DNA from: a virus
Reading direction: 5' to 3' (one strand)
Length of the DNA stretch: 57,803 nt
IMG/VR virus record: IMGVR_UViG_3300045988_090863
Shown here one piece after another: positions 37,084 through 46,101 of the stretch (position 1 is the first letter of the stretch; each line of letters starts with the position of its first letter). The notes under the pieces are model-generated. The model saw only the letters and a program-made list of their open reading frames with translations. It was not told the origin of the DNA and ran no database searches. The translations under genes were made by a program, and so were the position numbers.

Positions 37084-38535
37084 TTATAATCCTAATCTTC
37101 TTTCTATATCATCTGGTATCTCATACTCATTATAATCAAACCAGGATCTCATCAAGAAAAGATCCCTCCAGTCTGGTGAGCATCCTATTTCTGATTTTAT
37201 TTCCTCTTTTGGTTTTATCTTTAGAGTTCCATCATCATCAACTTTCCATGTTTGCAGTTGTTCAAGCTGTCTGATTATATCCTCACGTTCAGCACCACTT
37301 ACAAGATCCTCATCAATGCCAACATCAGAACCGTTTATATGCTCAGCCAGTTTGTAACCACACTGAGCTTGTAAGTTCTGGTAGTTTTCACCGTTGAATG
37401 GAGTGGAATTATTCACAAATCCTTTTATATCGCAATTATCAACAACACCACCGCCAACACCATCCTCATCCACAATACACCTGTAGTTAGGAATACGGTA
37501 TTTCTTTTGTCTGTATCTTATCCAGTCCTGGATCTCGGTTAGCTTGCTTTTGGGGAAACCTATAACCTCAACTATGTGCCAACCGTCCCAAACTGCTAAC
37601 CTGGCATAGTCAGCTCCGAAACGTGCAATATCTCCAGTTATATAGTGTATGCCTGTTCTCTTTGATATTTTGTTTCCGAATATCTCACAGATAGCATCAT
37701 GTGAACATAAAGCATTAGGGTTATCATCATATTCCCAGTTTCCTTTCAGAAGTCGTTCCCTCTTTACCTTATCTTTCGTTGTCCTCAATCCCTCTATATA
37801 ATCAGGATCAATGAAAGGATTTTCCTGTACAAGACACGCCAGGTATGACATGTAACCTGGTAAATTTTTAGCCATTGACGGCTTATAGAATGTATCATAC
37901 ATCCAGTTCTTTTTAGGGTTACATGTGATAAACAGCTTTCTCTTTAGGCTTAATTCTGCGTTTAGGTGCCTACCAATACGAGTTTTAAGAGTATCATAAG
38001 CTCCAAAGTTAACCTCTCCACCTTCTTCAATCCATCCACCAGTGTACTCAATAGATCCGTATCTCTCATACAGTGGATCGCCTGGCTTAAACTGTAGATC
38101 CAACAAGTCAATCCTGGAACCATTATAAAACTCAATGAAATTATATTGACCGTTATACTTATACAGAGTATCATCAACTCCATACTGTGAACAAACCTTG
38201 TAAAATGTGATCAGTGTTGACTGTGTAATTCTTTTCAGCTCAGCACGTCCGATAAACCATTTGGTACCAGCATACGCCAGACACATAAAAAGAAGCCAGG
38301 CAGCACCAGTCCAAGACTTAGCACCACCAGCAGCACCGCCATACAGAAACTCTGAATGTTCGTTATCTGTTAGGATCTTTAATGCCTGTTCTTGCTTTTC
38401 ATGTTTCTTTCCATCCTTGCATGTTATGAAGTCAAAGCAACCACGTTTGAACAGTTCAACCTTGACTGCAACGTGCATAGGAACAGATGATACCTTACTT
38501 TTTGCCATTTCCGTTGAGTTTATCCAGAAGTGCAT
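37084..38535 (-). CDS. terL: Terminase large subunit
   Basis: Walker-A-like GGAAGGAKSW, nuclease-type acidic block CIVDEDGVGGG, position between small terminase and portal. The true start may be the ATG at 38508 (MAKSK). Confidence 0.85.
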   Translation of the reverse strand: MHFWINSTEMAKSKVSSVPMHVAVKVELFKRGCFDFITCKDGKKHEKQEQALKILTDNEHSEFLYGGAAGGAKSWTGAAWLLFMCLAYAGTKWFIGRAELKRITQSTLITFYKVCSQYGVDDTLYKYNGQYNFIEFYNGSRIDLLDLQFKPGDPLYERYGSIEYTGGWIEEGGEVNFGAYDTLKTRIGRHLNAELSLKRKLFITCNPKKNWMYDTFYKPSMAKNLPGYMSYLACLVQENPFIDPDYIEGLRTTKDKVKRERLLKGNWEYDDNPNALCSHDAICEIFGNKISKRTGIHYITGDIARFGADYARLAVWDGWHIVEVIGFPKSKLTEIQDWIRYRQKKYRIPNYRCIVDEDGVGGGVVDNCDIKGFVNNSTPFNGENYQNLQAQCGYKLAEHINGSDVGIDEDLVSGAEREDIIRQLEQLQTWKVDDDGTLKIKPKEEIKSEIGCSPDWRDLFLMRSWFDYNEYEIPDDIERRLGL

Positions 38536-38968
38536 TATACTGTATCAGTTCCTCCGTTGTGAGTGCTGATAGATCTACACTGTTATTTGTCACCTGAGCA
38601 TTAACCTCACTCTCTATAGTCAAAGAGGCTTTTCCGAATATACGATCAAAGATCATTTCAACAGTTGAAGTTCTACCATACCTCATATCTGTGTTTAATG
38701 CTGACACGATATTTAGCAACCAAAGAGGCGTTTCCTTATTTGCTTTACCATCAGCACCCTTAACGATCTTTTCCAGGTCTGCTGGGGTTTGCTCCATTAC
38801 CCAGCGTATAATATTGAAATAGTCCTCCTGCTCCAGCTCATAGCCTACACTTTTACCTGTTATTGCTTTGAGTTTCTTGTACAAGGATGGCTTCCTGCCT
38901 CTGTTGCAAGGCTGGTTTTCGCTGGTAAATCTGTTACCTGTTTTATTTCCTTTTTCAAATCTTGCCAT
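38495..38968 (-). CDS. Terminase small subunit
   Basis: 157 aa with a basic N-terminus (GNRFTSENQPCNRGRKPS), directly upstream of and overlapping terL. Confidence 0.5.
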   Translation of the reverse strand: MARFEKGNKTGNRFTSENQPCNRGRKPSLYKKLKAITGKSVGYELEQEDYFNIIRWVMEQTPADLEKIVKGADGKANKETPLWLLNIVSALNTDMRYGRTSTVEMIFDRIFGKASLTIESEVNAQVTNNSVDLSALTTEELIQYNALLDKLNGNGKK

Positions 38969-38995
38969 CCGTTGTTTTCCCGTTGTTTGTTATAT

Positions 38996-39010
38996 GTGTT
39001 CAATAAACAC
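38996..39010. promoter_or_regulatory. Palindrome GTGTTCAATAAACAC upstream of the terminase operon
   Basis: Variant of GTGTTTGATAAACAC, 28 nt upstream of the small terminase ATG, with the shared flank ACACACTT. Confidence 0.4.
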
Positions 39011-39068
39011 ACTTATGAAACAAAGAAAATCAGGTATTAAGAAAAACACCTGATTCCCTCTTTAATTA

Positions 39069-39293
39069 TCACTCAGAAACCGCCTGTGATTTATACTTAC
39101 CATAGAACCACTTGATAAGATCATCACCCATTTCATCATAAGCGTCCAGCTCATCCAGAAGTGCTTCCGCTTTGTCAATAACGCCAGTAAGCAAAACCTG
39201 TTGTTCCTCTGTTGCTGTACTGATTTCGATCTCTCCGTTAATTTGCTGTTCGATCACCTTAATCTCATCAGCAGATAATTCAATTTTTTTCAT
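39069..39293 (-). CDS. Hypothetical acidic protein
   Basis: 74-aa ORF. Confidence 0.45.
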   Translation of the reverse strand: MKKIELSADEIKVIEQQINGEIEISTATEEQQVLLTGVIDKAEALLDELDAYDEMGDDLIKWFYGKYKSQAVSE

Positions 39294-39325
39294 ATATTGT
39301 CTGTTTATACGTTACAAATTTAGCC

Positions 39326-39931
39326 TTAAAGTTTATATTTCTTACAAATCTCTTTCACTTTAGTTGTGTACTTGTCGGATTTACCATGAACCGCTTTTGT
39401 GACTGTTTCAGCCCAGAACTCATCAACATTAGTAGTTGCATATTTACCGTACCCAGTTTTCTTTTTGTCTTTCATCCACGTTTTATACAGGGATCTGATT
39501 TCCTTTCCTGCTGCTTTATGGTTTGCTCCAGACAAAGAAGTGTTCCAGGTTGCATGTCCGAGTTCGTGCGTTACAGTATGAGCCAGTGGCTTATTTGTCT
39601 GAGTGTGCCATCCGCTTGCATATCCTTTCTTTGTTTGTCCGAGAACAGCACTCTTACTTTGATTGAACACCTTTTTGTTAAGGTAGATCGCCTCACTCTT
39701 ACCACCAGAGGAAACCTGAACGCCCAAAGTTCCATCAGATAGTGTTGCCAGTTTGATATTTTTCTCCCTTACACCGAGCACTGAATGAAACCTTGAAATT
39801 GCCGATTTTGTTTCTTTGTACATCTGAGGATCTTTCATGTTAACCAGAGGCTCAACACCTGTTATCTTTCCCTTATAGTTGCTATCACCAGGTTGCAAGC
39901 CACCTCTTGATCCGCTTGAATTTCTTCCCAT
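39326..39931 (-). CDS. Putative zinc metalloprotease (HExxH, lethal-factor-like)
   Basis: HTVTHELGHATW plus downstream DEFWAETV (third-ligand-like E-x-x-x-AE). Confidence 0.45.
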   Translation of the reverse strand: MGRNSSGSRGGLQPGDSNYKGKITGVEPLVNMKDPQMYKETKSAISRFHSVLGVREKNIKLATLSDGTLGVQVSSGGKSEAIYLNKKVFNQSKSAVLGQTKKGYASGWHTQTNKPLAHTVTHELGHATWNTSLSGANHKAAGKEIRSLYKTWMKDKKKTGYGKYATTNVDEFWAETVTKAVHGKSDKYTTKVKEICKKYKL

Positions 39932-39933
39932 AA

Positions 39934-40998
39934 CTACTTTTTCTTAGCGTTAATAAAATCAGTTACATATAGTAGCCCATGCTTTCTACAGAACTCTTTA
40001 ATCTCATCACCGCCACCATATACCAGCAGATTAGGTTTTTCAAGCCCTGATATTTCCTGAGCTACCTGGAGATCCGATTTAAGGCTTTCCATCCATCCGT
40101 CCAGCCCACGGGTGAAAAAAGCGTTATAGCCTTTCGGTATTCCCATTTTATTGTATTCAATAAATTTGTGCGAAACATTAAGATCGGCATAAACCTTGAT
40201 ACCACACTCCTGTAGGTATCTGCTCAGCCAGCGTTTTTTGTATATTAGCTGAATACCCATCGCAATAGGAGTTTGATCATGGCAGCTACAATTTGGCTCA
40301 ACGATAGCCTTGCATCCGCTTGTCAATAGGTTGATAGGATCTTTCCAGAGTTTTTCAAACCTATAATCATCAACATAGAAGTGATAAGTTACAACATCTT
40401 TCCTCAGTCTGCTATTAGCTCCCCAGGGACTAAAAGGCAGCTCCAGTTTTCCAGCTTGCTGTTCTATCAGCAAATTAGGTATCTCAAAGATATTATCACT
40501 TTCATATAGTACGTCTTTCACTTCGTATGATATAGGATCATCTTCCGAGAACTCCGCTTCTGAATCAGGATCCTCAATTTCCTCCTGCTTTTTCTTCGAT
40601 TTCTTTTCTTTCTCCTTTGGCATTTCAAGCCCTATAAAATCAAAGTTTACATCTTGCCAAATATCATCTACTTTCAGAGCGTTAAAATCCCACTCTCCGT
40701 TATTGATATTCCCACGCAAAATGATTTCAGCCCTCTCATCATCATCAAGATCCGAATAAAGCACTGTAGGAACCTTTTCAAGTTTCAGCTTGTTGGCAGC
40801 TTTCAGCCTTTGATTTCCATCCAGGACAACCAGCTTACCATCACGATCCTCAATAGCCAAAGGTCTATGCTTGTAGAAACCGTTAACCTTGATACTGTCA
40901 ACCAGCTTTTGCAGTTGTGCTTTTGTGATAGTCCTTGGATTCTCAGGCAAAGGAGAAAGATCAGCAGGATTTCTATAGATTACTTCACCGCATTTCAT
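39934..40998 (-). CDS. ParB-like nuclease domain protein
   Basis: N-terminal LVVLDGNQRLKAA (the ParB/Srx DGxxR core) with an acidic linker and a large C-terminal domain. Confidence 0.7.
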   Translation of the reverse strand: MKCGEVIYRNPADLSPLPENPRTITKAQLQKLVDSIKVNGFYKHRPLAIEDRDGKLVVLDGNQRLKAANKLKLEKVPTVLYSDLDDDERAEIILRGNINNGEWDFNALKVDDIWQDVNFDFIGLEMPKEKEKKSKKKQEEIEDPDSEAEFSEDDPISYEVKDVLYESDNIFEIPNLLIEQQAGKLELPFSPWGANSRLRKDVVTYHFYVDDYRFEKLWKDPINLLTSGCKAIVEPNCSCHDQTPIAMGIQLIYKKRWLSRYLQECGIKVYADLNVSHKFIEYNKMGIPKGYNAFFTRGLDGWMESLKSDLQVAQEISGLEKPNLLVYGGGDEIKEFCRKHGLLYVTDFINAKKK

Positions 40999-41450
40999 AG
41001 ACTATCCCCCTCAGTATTTCCTGTTTCAACAGCTTCTTCCTTATCATCCTCTCCATCGAAAGGCAACATCTGATCATCATCAAGAACCGAAAAGGCTTTT
41101 CTTATGATCTCAGCAGCTTTCACATAACGATAGTATTTCTTATTCTTAAGATAGATCAGCTTACTACCATCGCTTGTGTCAACTCCTACAGCGTAAAACT
41201 TTCCCCTGTAGTCAACAGGCAAAGGCACCTTACCATATATGACAACTTTATCTGCTGAAATATCAGTTATTGTAGCTTTCCTGTTATACTTACCATTCAG
41301 GAATATTTCAGCTTTATCATTCAACCTGATAGGATCGCCAGGGAACAGCCCCATAAGCATATCTCCAACAGTTTCCTTAAGCCCTCCATAAATCCACCAG
41401 AGAACCATTACAGCCACGAAAACAGCCGATAAAATAATAATTGCTATCAT
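40995..41450 (-). CDS. Membrane-anchored hypothetical protein
   Basis: N-terminal TM segment (MIAIIILSAVFVAVMVLWWIYGG). First gene downstream of the promoter block at 41477-41507. Confidence 0.5.
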   Translation of the reverse strand: MIAIIILSAVFVAVMVLWWIYGGLKETVGDMLMGLFPGDPIRLNDKAEIFLNGKYNRKATITDISADKVVIYGKVPLPVDYRGKFYAVGVDTSDGSKLIYLKNKKYYRYVKAAEIIRKAFSVLDDDQMLPFDGEDDKEEAVETGNTEGDSL

Positions 41451-41476
41451 AACAGTTATTTACTTGGTTAATAATG

Positions 41477-41507
41477 CAAAGATAATAAATATGTGTTTGT
41501 AAAACAC
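41477..41507 (-). promoter_or_regulatory. Promoter-like block: -7 box TATCTTTG (41484->41477) preceded by palindrome GTGTTTGTAAAACAC (41493-41507)
   Basis: Palindrome, 8 nt, then TAnnTTTG, the same layout as 5895-5925. The outer arm of the palindrome sits where a -33 TTTG would be. Confidence 0.5.
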
Positions 41508-41524
41508 ACTTTTAGACGAAAAAA

Positions 41525-41965
41525 TCAGAACCCAAAAACAAGCATGGCAGCATCCCTGTTATGCTCATTTGTCGGTTGCGTCCATCCTGTATATTTCGTG
41601 AAACTTTCCTTGCTTAATTTCGTCATGTTGTTTTTAGGTGCAACCATTTCAAACTCTATTCCCAGATCGGTTAGAAAGTCTTGCCATACAACAGCATCAC
41701 GCTTTACAGATCCAACGCCCTGTAGCTTCTTTCTTTCTTCTTCACGTGACATTCTTTCAGTACCGAACCACTTTCTTTGCCTTGGATCCTCAACTCTTAC
41801 AATAACCCTTTCACCGCAACCAGCCTTATACTGTTCAGCATAAGACTTGACAATATCCATAGCCTTATGGATTTTCATTGTCTTTACGAGCAACAGAGAT
41901 CGCTTTCTGTTGTCCCATACAGCGATCCCTGTGTTTACTCCTGTATCAATACCGATATAGATCAT
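41525..41965 (-). CDS. RuvC-like Holliday junction resolvase
   Basis: MIYIGIDTGVNTGIAVWD, VRVED and NEHNRDAAML match the RuvC-fold catalytic acidic residues. Confidence 0.72.
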   Translation of the reverse strand: MIYIGIDTGVNTGIAVWDNRKRSLLLVKTMKIHKAMDIVKSYAEQYKAGCGERVIVRVEDPRQRKWFGTERMSREEERKKLQGVGSVKRDAVVWQDFLTDLGIEFEMVAPKNNMTKLSKESFTKYTGWTQPTNEHNRDAAMLVFGF

Positions 41966-42330
41966 TGTTCACTCTCATTATTGGTTGGTATTTCCATCAG
42001 GATAACGCCATCAAGCTGATCCTCATGTTTTCTGGTGCCCAGAACCATAGCCACCTCAATATCGCCAGGAATGAATTTATTTCTTACCTCCTTAATCATT
42101 GGCATACCGATAGGCTGTTCAGACCATATATGAGCCACCCACAAGTTATTTTCAAGCTCAACGGTTACAATAGTGTTTCTGTGTAGGAATGTTCCTGGTT
42201 TATATGATCCGTACTCATCAGAAACGACCGCCTCCCTTTCTGCAGTCTCAGACAATTTATCACTCAGTTCCTTTGAAATTCTGTTCTTTCTTTTAGCCCA
42301 GTATTCAGGGTAATTCACTTTTACATTCAT
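41962..42330 (-). CDS. Hypothetical protein
   Basis: 122-aa ORF with 4-nt overlaps. Confidence 0.5.
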   Translation of the reverse strand: MNVKVNYPEYWAKRKNRISKELSDKLSETAEREAVVSDEYGSYKPGTFLHRNTIVTVELENNLWVAHIWSEQPIGMPMIKEVRNKFIPGDIEVAMVLGTRKHEDQLDGVILMEIPTNNESEQ

Positions 42331-42662
42331 AAGTTTTCAGTTTTAATTGATATTCTAATAGATGGTTTAGTTTCGCTATTCACAACATATTTCTCATAGA
42401 GATCAGCATGTTCCTCCTGGAACTTTGCGTTATCAAATACTTTCCTAACAGACGGTGCAATGTACGAAACTCTGATATAATCATTCTCTGCCTTTTTCAG
42501 ATTATTGTTCTGCATTGACAACAGGATCGTACTCTGTAGTTCCGCTTTTCTATCCTCCAGCCTTTTAATATCATTCACGAGCTTAATATATTCGTCCTGG
42601 AGCGTTAAAATATCGTCTGGTATAGGAATATACTCCTTTGCTTTTTTCTTTGCCATAATCAA
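42327..42662 (-). CDS. Hypothetical protein
   Basis: 111-aa ORF with 4-nt overlaps. Confidence 0.5.
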   Translation of the reverse strand: MIMAKKKAKEYIPIPDDILTLQDEYIKLVNDIKRLEDRKAELQSTILLSMQNNNLKKAENDYIRVSYIAPSVRKVFDNAKFQEEHADLYEKYVVNSETKPSIRISIKTENL

Positions 42663-43240
42663 ACATAATCAGTTCTACGAGGTGAAACAATATCATGTAT
42701 CTGCTTGCAGATCTCAATATCGTACAAAGCATCATGCAATTTTGTATCATCAACAGTGATACCGAGTGCTTTTGCAACAGTGCCCTGCTTGAAGTTTTCC
42801 ATTTCAGCACGCTGTTCAGAAAGATACGGTGTAGCCAGTACCATTACATCAAAGCAGTTACTCCAGAACCAGGATCCAAAATATTTATCACCATTCTGTA
42901 GGAACCATGCCCTAAGAAAGGCATTATCAAAAGATGCTATATTGTAGCCAGCCAGGAAAAACTTGTCTTTCTTATTGTATCTGTCAACGTACTTTGATAG
43001 CATATCAATGAACTTTCTGTAAATCTCACCCATAGGAGGATATGCCATAATCTGTTCCTTTGTCACTCCAGCAACATCAAGAGCTTCCTGTACGATCTCA
43101 GCCTTTGGATTTGGCTGTACCTTGAAATCGAACTTTTCCTTAACTTCTCCGTCAACTACGATCATACCACTGAGCTGATGGATCCCATGTTTGTTTACAA
43201 GCGTGCCTGTTGTCTCCAGGTCAAAAAATAAAACTTTCAT
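42659..43240 (-). CDS. DEDDh 3'-5' exonuclease (DnaQ-like)
   Basis: FFDLETTG, GYNIASFDNAFL and HDALYD correspond to Exo motifs I, II and III. Confidence 0.8.
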   Translation of the reverse strand: MKVLFFDLETTGTLVNKHGIHQLSGMIVVDGEVKEKFDFKVQPNPKAEIVQEALDVAGVTKEQIMAYPPMGEIYRKFIDMLSKYVDRYNKKDKFFLAGYNIASFDNAFLRAWFLQNGDKYFGSWFWSNCFDVMVLATPYLSEQRAEMENFKQGTVAKALGITVDDTKLHDALYDIEICKQIHDIVSPRRTDYV

Positions 43241-43273
43241 ATCATTGTTTTTATAACGTGAATAAATCCTTTG

Positions 43274-43693
43274 TCAAAACACTACTACCATAGATGGAAA
43301 AGGAGCTGAGTTTTTTGAACCTCCAAACTTCAATCTGCCTTTTATGAATCTTATTTCCTTTGCTTTATGGTAGATAAACTCATGGAAATACCTGGTATCT
43401 GTTCTTGCTGGTATCAGCATCACGACTGTTGTATCAGGTTTTCTACTCTCATTGTAGCACTTCTTCACCCAGTCATACAGTTTTCTACCATAAGGAGGGT
43501 TACAAAATGTCACATACCCCCCCCAATTTTGTGACAATCCGTCAGTTTCAGGAGTGAAATATTTACTACATTTAGCATTCTCAGGTAACGCACAAGGATC
43601 CAAATTAAAATGGAACTCCTTATCAAGCTCATCAAAGAACTCTTGTGGTGTAGCCCATACCTCATTTGCGCTTGAAAATAAAACTTTATCCAT
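43274..43693 (-). CDS. Phage Dam-like DNA N6-adenine methyltransferase
   Basis: FCNPPYGR catalytic motif, small (139 aa) phage N6A-MTase architecture, no cognate nuclease nearby. Confidence 0.8.
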   Translation of the reverse strand: MDKVLFSSANEVWATPQEFFDELDKEFHFNLDPCALPENAKCSKYFTPETDGLSQNWGGYVTFCNPPYGRKLYDWVKKCYNESRKPDTTVVMLIPARTDTRYFHEFIYHKAKEIRFIKGRLKFGGSKNSAPFPSMVVVF

Positions 43694-43696
43694 CTG

Positions 43697-44503
43697 TCAA
43701 TTCTGTTTTTTATATTCTCTAATTGCTTTACTTAAACTTTCTGTTTTATCCAGGAGGTTAGCCATCTTATCAATATCAATCATAACCTCACCATCCATCC
43801 ACGCCCAGACCTTTCTAAGAGCTTCAGATATTGCTTTCGCCTCTTTGCTATCTTTCAGGGAATTAAGTACCTCCTTATTTGTCGCTGTAGCCCTGCCATT
43901 TTCCTGAGCTGTCTGAACTGCTGTTTTTGCAGCCTTTACCTGTTCTTTCTCGCTGTCATAGCTGTTTGCTATCTCTTTTGCTGCCTTAACCGACAACTCG
44001 CCTTTTACGATCTTGTCTTGAATGTATTGAGGCAAATCCAGAAGTGAAAGGCATTTGCTCACATAAGCCGTTGACTTTTTGAACTTATCAGCGATCTCAA
44101 CCTGAGAATAGCCAAATTCCTCTTTGAACCTACGAAACATGATAGCACATTCATATTCCGTAAATCTCTTACCCTCATTACGCATCATCTGTTCGATATA
44201 AAGATCCTCCAGTGAAGCATCCCTGGGAGCCTTAAGAGCTTTGATATATTGTATGTCGGCACCCTCTTTTATTGCTTGCATTGTAGCACGGTAACGCCTT
44301 TCTCCATCAACCAGCTTATATTTTTCAATGCCATCCTCTTTGAAAGGAATAACCGTTACAGGATTGAGAACCCCTTTTGCTTTGATCTGTTCCTTAAGCT
44401 CATCCAGATCAAAATCCATACGGACGTTGAAATTATCAACAACAACTATATTTCGTGGATCTATAAGAAATATATCAGTCCTTTTTGTCACATTCGTTTC
44501 CAT
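43697..44503 (-). CDS. ParB-like DNA-binding protein
   Basis: ParB N-terminal box KLVDGERRYRA followed by an HTH-like GYSQVEIADKFKKSTAYVSKCL. Confidence 0.75.
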   Translation of the reverse strand: METNVTKRTDIFLIDPRNIVVVDNFNVRMDFDLDELKEQIKAKGVLNPVTVIPFKEDGIEKYKLVDGERRYRATMQAIKEGADIQYIKALKAPRDASLEDLYIEQMMRNEGKRFTEYECAIMFRRFKEEFGYSQVEIADKFKKSTAYVSKCLSLLDLPQYIQDKIVKGELSVKAAKEIANSYDSEKEQVKAAKTAVQTAQENGRATATNKEVLNSLKDSKEAKAISEALRKVWAWMDGEVMIDIDKMANLLDKTESLSKAIREYKKQN

Positions 44504-44648
44504 CTTTCGTATAATAGTTTTTATAATATTTACATGGTTTCTTTCTCGCTGTTATTTTCTTTTGTAGCTTACAACAGTACATCTGCGCACACTGAGGATT
44601 AGACCAGAAGTATTCGCAATCGCTACAGTGTCTAATTTCTTCACTCAT
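44475..44648 (-). CDS. Small Cys-rich protein (57 aa)
   Basis: MSEEIRHCSDCEYFW...CCK...C. The ATG overlaps the stop of the upstream small ORF (ATGAGTGA). The longer ORF-track start at 44735 runs out of frame through that ORF. Confidence 0.4.
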   Translation of the reverse strand: MSEEIRHCSDCEYFWSNPQCAQMYCCKLQKKITARKKPCKYYKNYYTKDGNECDKKD

Positions 44649-44814
44649 CACTATCAAAGAATTGCTCATTTTCATCCATAAAATACTCATAGGCTTCTTC
44701 ACAATAAGAACCCTCACACAAAGAATCACAACCATGATCTATTTCTCCATTTTTCCAAGGGCAAAAATCGCAAAGATCATCACCTAAAAGTTCTTTTGCT
44801 TCTTCCAAATCCAT
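44641..44814 (-). CDS. Small acidic Cys-rich protein (57 aa), below the ORF-track cutoff
   Basis: Read by hand: MDLEEAKELLGDDLCDFCPWKNGEIDHGCDSLCEGSYCEEAYEYFMDENEQFFDSDE. The ATG lies 1 nt after the upstream stop. Confidence 0.4.
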   Translation of the reverse strand: MDLEEAKELLGDDLCDFCPWKNGEIDHGCDSLCEGSYCEEAYEYFMDENEQFFDSDE

Positions 44815-44815
44815 A

Positions 44816-45271
44816 TCAATACCTAAAATCAGTGAAGTGAATTATAACGCCATCAAATACATTTCCCTTATTACAGCCAAAAAACCATTCAGTAAAATCT
44901 TCAACACTCAAACCGTCATTCTTTGCCAGATCATAAGCGGAAACGTGTTTTCCATCAACCCAACATTGTGGAGCTTCATCAGTGCTGCTATATGTCATTG
45001 TTATCTTCTGCAGTCCTATTTTATCATACCTGGCAAACTCTCTCTGTTCAGAATTATACGGTCTGCCAGTCCACTCTCTAACACTCAGATATTTCTTACT
45101 TTTAGAAATATCATTGTATCTTTTATCCCATACATCTTTAGCGTTGTATCGTATGGTATGTTTCTTTATTCCATTTTTCAGCTTTTGTTCAAAGCCTGTT
45201 TTTTCACCAGCTCTGGAATGTGTTACTGGGAAAACCTTACATAAGGTCAGTATTACTTTTTTCTTATCCAT
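44816..45271 (-). CDS. Hypothetical protein
   Basis: 151-aa ORF. Confidence 0.5.
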   Translation of the reverse strand: MDKKKVILTLCKVFPVTHSRAGEKTGFEQKLKNGIKKHTIRYNAKDVWDKRYNDISKSKKYLSVREWTGRPYNSEQREFARYDKIGLQKITMTYSSTDEAPQCWVDGKHVSAYDLAKNDGLSVEDFTEWFFGCNKGNVFDGVIIHFTDFRY

Positions 45272-45303
45272 GATCCGAAAATTTATGTTGCAATTTACCT
45301 GGT

Positions 45304-46101
45304 TTATTTTCTTCTACTACCTCCGTGTAGTTCTATTACATTGAATGATTTGAAACGATCAACCAAACGCCCCTCAAATCGCTCCTTAAGATCCTTAACA
45401 GATAGGTTGCTTGTGATATGATACTTTTTTCCTAACTGTTGGTAAATCTCATATCTTGCAAAAAGAAACTCATCTGTTACCTGTGTAAGTGTAGTTCCAT
45501 AGCTCTTTTGATTTTCAGTCATAAGCCCAAGGTCATTCAAACACACATTGAAAGGAGATCCCTCAAAGCTGTCTTTATTTGCCCCCTCATTGTATGTATA
45601 TTTATCTATGTGCCCATTCAGCTTATAATAGTTCATTAGCTGTGTAGAACTTATATTCTGAAAGCTGTTTTCATTTCGTGTCATTTTAAGATAATCAGAA
45701 AAGATCTGCATTATCATAGTCTTTCCTGTTCCTGGCTCACCGACAAGTAAAATGTTCTTGTGAATTTTATAGTGTTCGTTTGGAAATACTTCCTCAGCAC
45801 GTTTACACCCATTGAAATAGTAAAGCAGAAAACGTAGTACATTTCTGTTATGATCATCTATATCAAATTGTGAAAACTCTCTGAACATATAACTATTACC
45901 AATCTCTTTAATCATTGCGGAATGCAAAGAGTACTGAGATTCATCGGTCATGTCATACTTAAAACCTCTGAGAATAGTCTTTCGGTGTTTCCATATCTCC
46001 ATGTTCGCCTGTTGACTGGTTAGCATATTGCGTTCCTCCTGGAACAGCTTTATTGCCTGAATTATTTGTTCCTCCGTGAGTTTGCATCCATTGAGTTCCA
46101 T
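45304..46101 (-). CDS. AAA+ ATPase, DnaC/IstB-like helicase loader
   Basis: Walker A LLVGEPGTGKT. Follows the replication-organiser gene. The annotated start overlaps the upstream gene by 143 nt, so the true start may be an internal ATG (for example 45951). Confidence 0.62.
   Translation of the reverse strand: MELNGCKLTEEQIIQAIKLFQEERNMLTSQQANMEIWKHRKTILRGFKYDMTDESQYSLHSAMIKEIGNSYMFREFSQFDIDDHNRNVLRFLLYYFNGCKRAEEVFPNEHYKIHKNILLVGEPGTGKTMIMQIFSDYLKMTRNENSFQNISSTQLMNYYKLNGHIDKYTYNEGANKDSFEGSPFNVCLNDLGLMTENQKSYGTTLTQVTDEFLFARYEIYQQLGKKYHITSNLSVKDLKERFEGRLVDRFKSFNVIELHGGSRRK

Noticed and set aside
43262-43280. CCTTTGTCAAAACAC, resembling the GTGTTTGTAAAACAC operator.
   Set aside because: It needs a 1-nt insertion and lacks the left arm (GTG). 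It also overlaps the methylase stop codon. Counted as noise.
45959-46101. 143-nt overlap between the replication-organiser gene and the AAA+ loader gene.
   Set aside because: Probably an artefact of taking the longest ORF. Internal ATGs (for example at 46002 or 45951) would remove or shrink the overlap. Not interpreted as a functional overlap or frameshift.
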